From: Dehalococcoidia bacterium
Lineage (GTDB): Bacteria > Chloroflexota > Dehalococcoidia > Bin125
Assembly: GCA_963663235.2 (NCBI GenBank)
Contig: CAXXNO010000012.1
Coordinates: 256,001-320,000, forward strand
Length of the DNA stretch: 64,000 bases
Reading direction: 5' to 3'
Each line of letters starts with the position of its first letter. Positions within the stretch are counted from its first letter, which is position 1. The translations under genes were made by a program, and so were the position numbers. The notes under the pieces were generated by a model. It did no database searches. It was given only the letters and a program-made list of their open reading frames with translations, and was not told where the DNA came from. Shown here piece by piece: positions 59,403 through 64,000 of this stretch.

Positions 59403-60629
59403 TCAGCCGATCACGCCCTCGATGGCCAGCTCGGCGATGCGGTCGTCGTCGTAGCCCAGACGCTGCTTCAGGATCTCGTGCGTGTGCTCGCCCAGATCCG
59501 GCGCGGGCAGCCGGATGCTGGCTGGGTGGTTGGCGAACTCGACCGGATGGTTCGCCAGCAGCTTCGGGCCCAGGCGCGGGTGGTCGAACTCGACCAGGTA
59601 CTCGTTGGCCCGCACGGCCGGATCGTCCGGCAGGTCGCTGATCCGCTGCACCCGATCGAAAATCAGGTCCGGTTCCGCGCCCAGCCGCCGCTCCCACTCG
59701 ACGCGCGGCTCTTGCTCGAATCGCTCCTGCAACACCCCGATCAGCTCCGCGTTGTTCGTGAACCGGCCCTCCACGATGGGAAAGCGCGGATCGTCGAGCA
59801 GCGCCGTGAGCTCCATCGCCCGACAGATCTGCGGCCAATCCCGCTGAACGTTGACGCAGGCGAGAAAGATCCATTCGTCGTCGCCGCAGCGGTACAGGTT
59901 GAAGAGGGGGTTGTTCGCGGTGTGCCGGTCGAACCGCGGCCAATCCGGGATCCCTTGCAGCATGCACGCCGTCACCGCCCAGTACTCCAGCCAGATGGAG
60001 GCCATCATGTGCGACACCTCCACCTTCTCGCCGACGCCCGTTCGATCCCGCGATGCCAGCGCCGCGACCAGGCCGTAGGCCAGCATGTTGGCGCCCATGC
60101 AGTCGGCCACGGCGACACTCTGCCAGTTGGGCGGGTCCCCGGGACGCCCGTTGCTCCACATCAGCCCGGAGCGCGCCTGCCCCACTGGGTCCAGCGCCGG
60201 CCGTCCCGCATCGGGGCCCCGGAGGCCGTGCCCGGAGGCGCTGCCGTAAATGATCTGCGGGTTCACCTTCTTGAGGTCCTCGTACCCCAGGCCCAGCCGA
60301 TCCAGCGCGCCGGGTCGATAGTTCTCCAGGAAGATATCGGCGTCCTTGACCAGATCCAGCAGCAACGCCCGGCCCCGCTCCGCCTTCAGGTCGATCGCGA
60401 TGGAGCGCTTGTTGCGGTTCATCGCCTCGAACATCAGGCTGCGACCGCCCGGCAGGCTCATGTCGTACCCGGCGTTCGACACCAGGTTGCGCCCGCTGTC
60501 CGGCCGGGTCGGGCTCTCGACCTTGATCACGTCCGCTCCCAGGTCGCCCAGCATCGCCCCCGCCAGCGGCCCCAGCATCCACAAGGTGCAATCGATCACG
60601 GTGACCCCGCTCAGCGGCCCGTCAGTCAT
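59403..60629 (-). CDS. CaiB/BaiF family III CoA-transferase
   Basis: GPLSGV, NRNKRS, ENYRPG, AVADCMG, LGEHT. Confidence 0.94.
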   Translation of the reverse strand: MTDGPLSGVTVIDCTLWMLGPLAGAMLGDLGADVIKVESPTRPDSGRNLVSNAGYDMSLPGGRSLMFEAMNRNKRSIAIDLKAERGRALLLDLVKDADIFLENYRPGALDRLGLGYEDLKKVNPQIIYGSASGHGLRGPDAGRPALDPVGQARSGLMWSNGRPGDPPNWQSVAVADCMGANMLAYGLVAALASRDRTGVGEKVEVSHMMASIWLEYWAVTACMLQGIPDWPRFDRHTANNPLFNLYRCGDDEWIFLACVNVQRDWPQICRAMELTALLDDPRFPIVEGRFTNNAELIGVLQERFEQEPRVEWERRLGAEPDLIFDRVQRISDLPDDPAVRANEYLVEFDHPRLGPKLLANHPVEFANHPASIRLPAPDLGEHTHEILKQRLGYDDDRIAELAIEGVIG

Positions 60630-60743
60630 TTGCGGACTCCCTTTCGTCTCCGGCGTTACTGCGCCTCGGTGGCGGCATCGTAGGCGACAGCGCAGGCCCG
60701 CCGTCCTACGCCGGTGCTCTCCGCTTCCCGGCGCGAGGCGGCG

Positions 60744-61262
60744 TCAGACGCTGCTTGAGCCTTCCCGACGGAGATCGAACCATCTCTGGTCCGCAAGCAC
60801 CACCGAGGTTTCGATCTGCCGCTCGGGAACCGACCAGTATCGTTTCAGCAACCGCTCCTTCTCCTCGCCGCCGGCCAATCGAAAGCCGCGCTGCTCGTAG
60901 AACCGGATCGCCCACGTGGCGGCGGCCCAGGTGCCGATCAACAGCGGCCGGGCGCTCTCTTCGCAAAGCGCGGAGAGCAGCATGCCCCCAATGCCACGAC
61001 CGCGTTCGGCCGTGCGGACATAGGCGTGTCGGATCAGAGTCACGTCGAGACGATCTTGAATGCCCATGACGCCAAGGAGCTCGCCCTTCTCTTCGTAACC
61101 GGAAAAGACGACCCCGGCATCCAACTCCTGCCGCAGCTCGTCTCTGGGCATGTACGGCTCATTCCAGCGGTCTGCCGGAATGACCCCTTTGTACGCCTGG
61201 GCCGCGTCGATGATGATCGCGTAGATGGCTTCGAATTCGCCGTCGCCGCATCGGCGGATCAT
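60744..61262 (-). CDS. GNAT family N-acetyltransferase
   Basis: AAQAYKGVIPADRW, IRHAYV...RGRGIG, AIRFYEQRGF. Confidence 0.9.
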   Translation of the reverse strand: MIRRCGDGEFEAIYAIIIDAAQAYKGVIPADRWNEPYMPRDELRQELDAGVVFSGYEEKGELLGVMGIQDRLDVTLIRHAYVRTAERGRGIGGMLLSALCEESARPLLIGTWAAATWAIRFYEQRGFRLAGGEEKERLLKRYWSVPERQIETSVVLADQRWFDLRREGSSSV

Positions 61263-61299
61263 GGCCGCGTCTTCCGCCTCCATCTCCAATGAGGCGGAA

Positions 61300-61327
61300 A
61301 GGCTAATCGACGGGGTTAACCTGTCAA
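61300..61327 (-). promoter_or_regulatory. sigma70-like promoter for the GNAT gene
   Basis: TTGACA-N16-TAGCCT. Confidence 0.5.
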
Positions 61328-61438
61328 GCCGGACCACCCGCCGCCTGGTCGGTGCGCCCCGGCCGCTGCCTGCCTGCGTAGAAAGCCTGCCTAAAATCGA
61401 CGACAATCTCATCCGGAGAACCCCAGCCGAAAGCGCCC

Positions 61439-63865
61439 ATGCTCAGCCCCTACACCGTCCTCGACCTCACCGACCACCGCGGCGACCTCGCCGCCATGGT
61501 CCTCGGTGATCTCGGCGCCGACGTCATTAAGGTCGAGCCGCCCGACGGCTCCGCCGGCCGGCGCATCGGCCCGTTCCTCCACGGCGCCCCGGAAGCGGAG
61601 CGCAGCCTTCGCTTCTTCGCCTACAACCGCAACAAGCGCAGCCTCACGCTCGACCTCACCCGCGACGCCGACCGCCAGACCTTCCATCGGCTCGTCGAGC
61701 GCGCCGACTTCCTCATCGAGTCCGCCGAGCCCGGCGAGATGGATGCCCTCGGCCTCGGCTTCGATTCACTCCGCGCCCTCAACCCACGCCTCGTCTACGT
61801 CGCCATCACCCCCTTCGGCCGGGACGGGCCCCACGCCCACTTCACTGCCACCGACCTCACCATCGCCGCCATGGGCGGACCGATCAGCCTCCAGGGCACG
61901 CCGGAACGAGCCCCCGTGCGCGTCAGCGTTCCCCAGGTGTGGCGCCACGCCGCGGTCGAGGCCGCCGTCGGCGCACTTACGGCGCACGCCCGCACGCTGC
62001 GAACGGGCGAGGCGCAGTTCGTCGACGTCTCCGCCCAGTGCGTCATGGTCTGGACCATGCTCAACGCCATGGCCGCCCACGCCATCCAGGGCGCCGACTT
62101 CGAACGCCACGGCAGCGACCTCCAGCTCGGCCACATCACGATCCCGCTGCTCCACCCCTGCGCCGACGGCCACGTCGTCATGCGCCCCAACGGCCTGTTG
62201 ATGGCCGGCGCGGTGCGCCATCTTGTCGAAGAGGGCATCGTCCCGCCCCACTGGCTCGAGGCCGAAGACTGGGCCACCTACGACCGCCGCCTCGCCGCCG
62301 AGGAGCCGCTCACGATCAGCCCGGAACGGCTCGCCGACGCCGTCGTCCGCTACGCGCGCATGCACACCAAGGAGGATCTGTTCGAGCGCGGCCTGCGGGA
62401 TGGGGTCTCCTTCGCCCCCGTCAACACCGTCGCGGACGTTATCAAGCTGCGTCACCTGGAGGAGCGCGACTACTGGATCGATGCGCCGCTGCCCGACGGC
62501 CGAACCGCCCGCGCCCCCGGACCCTCCGTCCGCCTCTCCAAGACGCCGCTTTCAGTGGGGCGCCGGGCGCCCCGCCTCGGCGAGCACAGCGCGGAGATCC
62601 TCAGCGCGCTCCGCAATGCCCCGCCCGCAACGCCGGCGCCCTCACCCGACCACGATCCATTGCCCTTCGCCGGGCTCAAGGTGGCCGACTTCTCCTGGAT
62701 CGGCGTCGGACCGATCACCGCCAAGCACCTCGCCGACCACGGCGCAACCGTTGTCCACGTCGAGACGGAGGACCCTGCCGACAAAGTGCGCGTGGGCGGC
62801 CCCTTCAAGGACGGCGTCGTCGGGCCCAACCGCAGCCAGTTCTTCGTCGACTTCAACACCTCCAAGCTGAGCCTGTCGCTCAACCTCAAGAACCCCGCCG
62901 CCCGCGACGTCGCCCGACGCCTCATCGCCTGGGCCGACGTCTACCTGGAGAGCTTCACCCCCGGAACCGCCCACGACCTTGGCATCGGCTACGACGACGT
63001 CCGCGAAGAGAACCCGTCGCTGATCATGGTCGGCACCTGCCTCATGGGACAGACCGGGCCCGCCGCCACGTTCGCCGGCTACGGCTACCACGCCGGCGCC
63101 ATCGCCGGCTTCTACGAGATCACCGGCTGGCCCGACCTTCCGCCCGACGGCCCCTGGATGGCCTACACCGATACCATCGCCCCCCGCTTCCTGGCCGCGA
63201 CGCTCATGGCCGCGCTCGACCACCGCCGCCGCACCGGCGAGGGGCAATACATCGACGCCGCCCAGATCGAGATGGCGCTGCACTTCCTCGCGCCGGAACT
63301 CCTCGACTATCAAGCAAACGGGCGCGTTGCTACGCGACAGGGTAACCGCTCCGACAGCATGGCCCCGCACGGCGTCTACCCCTGCCGTGGTATCGACCAG
63401 TGGTGCGCGATCGCTGTCGCCGGCAACGCACAGTGGCAAGCCTTGCGCCGTGTCCTCGGCGACCCCGGCTGGGCCGGCGACGAGCGCCTCGACTCGGTCG
63501 CGGGCCGCCTCCAGCGCCAGGACGAACTCGACGCCCGCCTGAGCGACTGGACCCGCGCCCGCCCCCCCGCCGACGTGATGACGACGCTGCAAGCGGCCGG
63601 CGTGGCGGCGGGCGTCGTCCAACGCAGCAGCGACCTGCTCAAGGACCCGCAACTCGCCCATCGACGCTTCCACCTCTACATGCAGCACGGCGAGATGGGC
63701 CGCATCCCCCACACAGGGCACCAGTTCCGCATCCGCGACTACGACAGCGGCCCGCGCTTCTCCGCTCCCCTTCTGGGCGAGCACAGCCTGCACGTCATGC
63801 GCGACGTCCTCGCCATGACCGACGCCGAGATCGGCGAGGTCTACGCCGCCGGCGCGGTTGTTTGA
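61439..63865 (+). CDS. Two-domain fused CaiB/BaiF CoA-transferase (BbsE/F-like)
   Basis: Two CaiB repeats (NRNKRS; NTSKLS); catalytic Asp only in domain 2 (AYTD). Confidence 0.9.
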   Translation: MLSPYTVLDLTDHRGDLAAMVLGDLGADVIKVEPPDGSAGRRIGPFLHGAPEAERSLRFFAYNRNKRSLTLDLTRDADRQTFHRLVERADFLIESAEPGEMDALGLGFDSLRALNPRLVYVAITPFGRDGPHAHFTATDLTIAAMGGPISLQGTPERAPVRVSVPQVWRHAAVEAAVGALTAHARTLRTGEAQFVDVSAQCVMVWTMLNAMAAHAIQGADFERHGSDLQLGHITIPLLHPCADGHVVMRPNGLLMAGAVRHLVEEGIVPPHWLEAEDWATYDRRLAAEEPLTISPERLADAVVRYARMHTKEDLFERGLRDGVSFAPVNTVADVIKLRHLEERDYWIDAPLPDGRTARAPGPSVRLSKTPLSVGRRAPRLGEHSAEILSALRNAPPATPAPSPDHDPLPFAGLKVADFSWIGVGPITAKHLADHGATVVHVETEDPADKVRVGGPFKDGVVGPNRSQFFVDFNTSKLSLSLNLKNPAARDVARRLIAWADVYLESFTPGTAHDLGIGYDDVREENPSLIMVGTCLMGQTGPAATFAGYGYHAGAIAGFYEITGWPDLPPDGPWMAYTDTIAPRFLAATLMAALDHRRRTGEGQYIDAAQIEMALHFLAPELLDYQANGRVATRQGNRSDSMAPHGVYPCRGIDQWCAIAVAGNAQWQALRRVLGDPGWAGDERLDSVAGRLQRQDELDARLSDWTRARPPADVMTTLQAAGVAAGVVQRSSDLLKDPQLAHRRFHLYMQHGEMGRIPHTGHQFRIRDYDSGPRFSAPLLGEHSLHVMRDVLAMTDAEIGEVYAAGAVV

Positions 63866-63957
63866 CGCCAAGAGCCCACTGGTAGCGCGCCCTCTGGTCC
63901 TCAGTCGCCGCCCGCGCGCGTCCCAGCCGCTACACTGCCCGGCGAGGAGAACGCCGC

Positions 63958-64000
63958 ATGACCACCACCGTCCCCATCGATGGAACCTGCGCCCAGCGCT
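63958..64000 (+). CDS. Start of a CDS truncated by the window end (MTTTVPIDGTCAQR; possibly a serine hydrolase)
   Basis: SD AGGAG before ATG; product is a guess from 14 aa. Confidence 0.4.
   Translation, partial: MTTTVPIDGTCAQR

Overview
A very GC-rich, densely coding bacterial chromosome segment with about 60 CDS and one intact tRNA-Pro(GGG). The gene content fits Chloroflexota (Dehalococcoidia/SAR202-like); this is an inference from four luciferase-like monooxygenases, four CaiB CoA-transferases, crotonases, DinB proteins and a NuoG-like protein with an extra Cys-rich insert. The left half is mostly housekeeping: Fe-S genes (iscA-like, two cysteine desulfurases), an isolated nuoB-nuoI-nuoG-like module, hisG, acsA, ADP-forming acyl-CoA ligase subunits, pth and mfd. 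Next to tRNA-Pro (about 32.1-36.0 kb) is a decayed insertion hotspot. It has three copies of a direct repeat up to 58 bp long that bound a catalase module and a methyltransferase module, an IS-end/transposase relic, a tRNA-Cys 3'-half relic, and a stray 24-nt copy of catalase coding sequence. The right half has a hybrid histidine kinase, a 2-oxoacid:ferredoxin oxidoreductase operon, a second tRNA relic and a CoA/flavin catabolic cluster. Best leads: the repeat-bounded cassette array, a His-rich leader peptide in a structured region upstream of hisG, a stand-alone BrxC/DUF6079-like C-terminal domain, the orphan nuoB/I/G module, and several enzymes missing canonical catalytic residues. No CRISPR array, rRNA, intact integrase or prophage was seen. 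All family calls come from motif recognition by eye, with no database searches.
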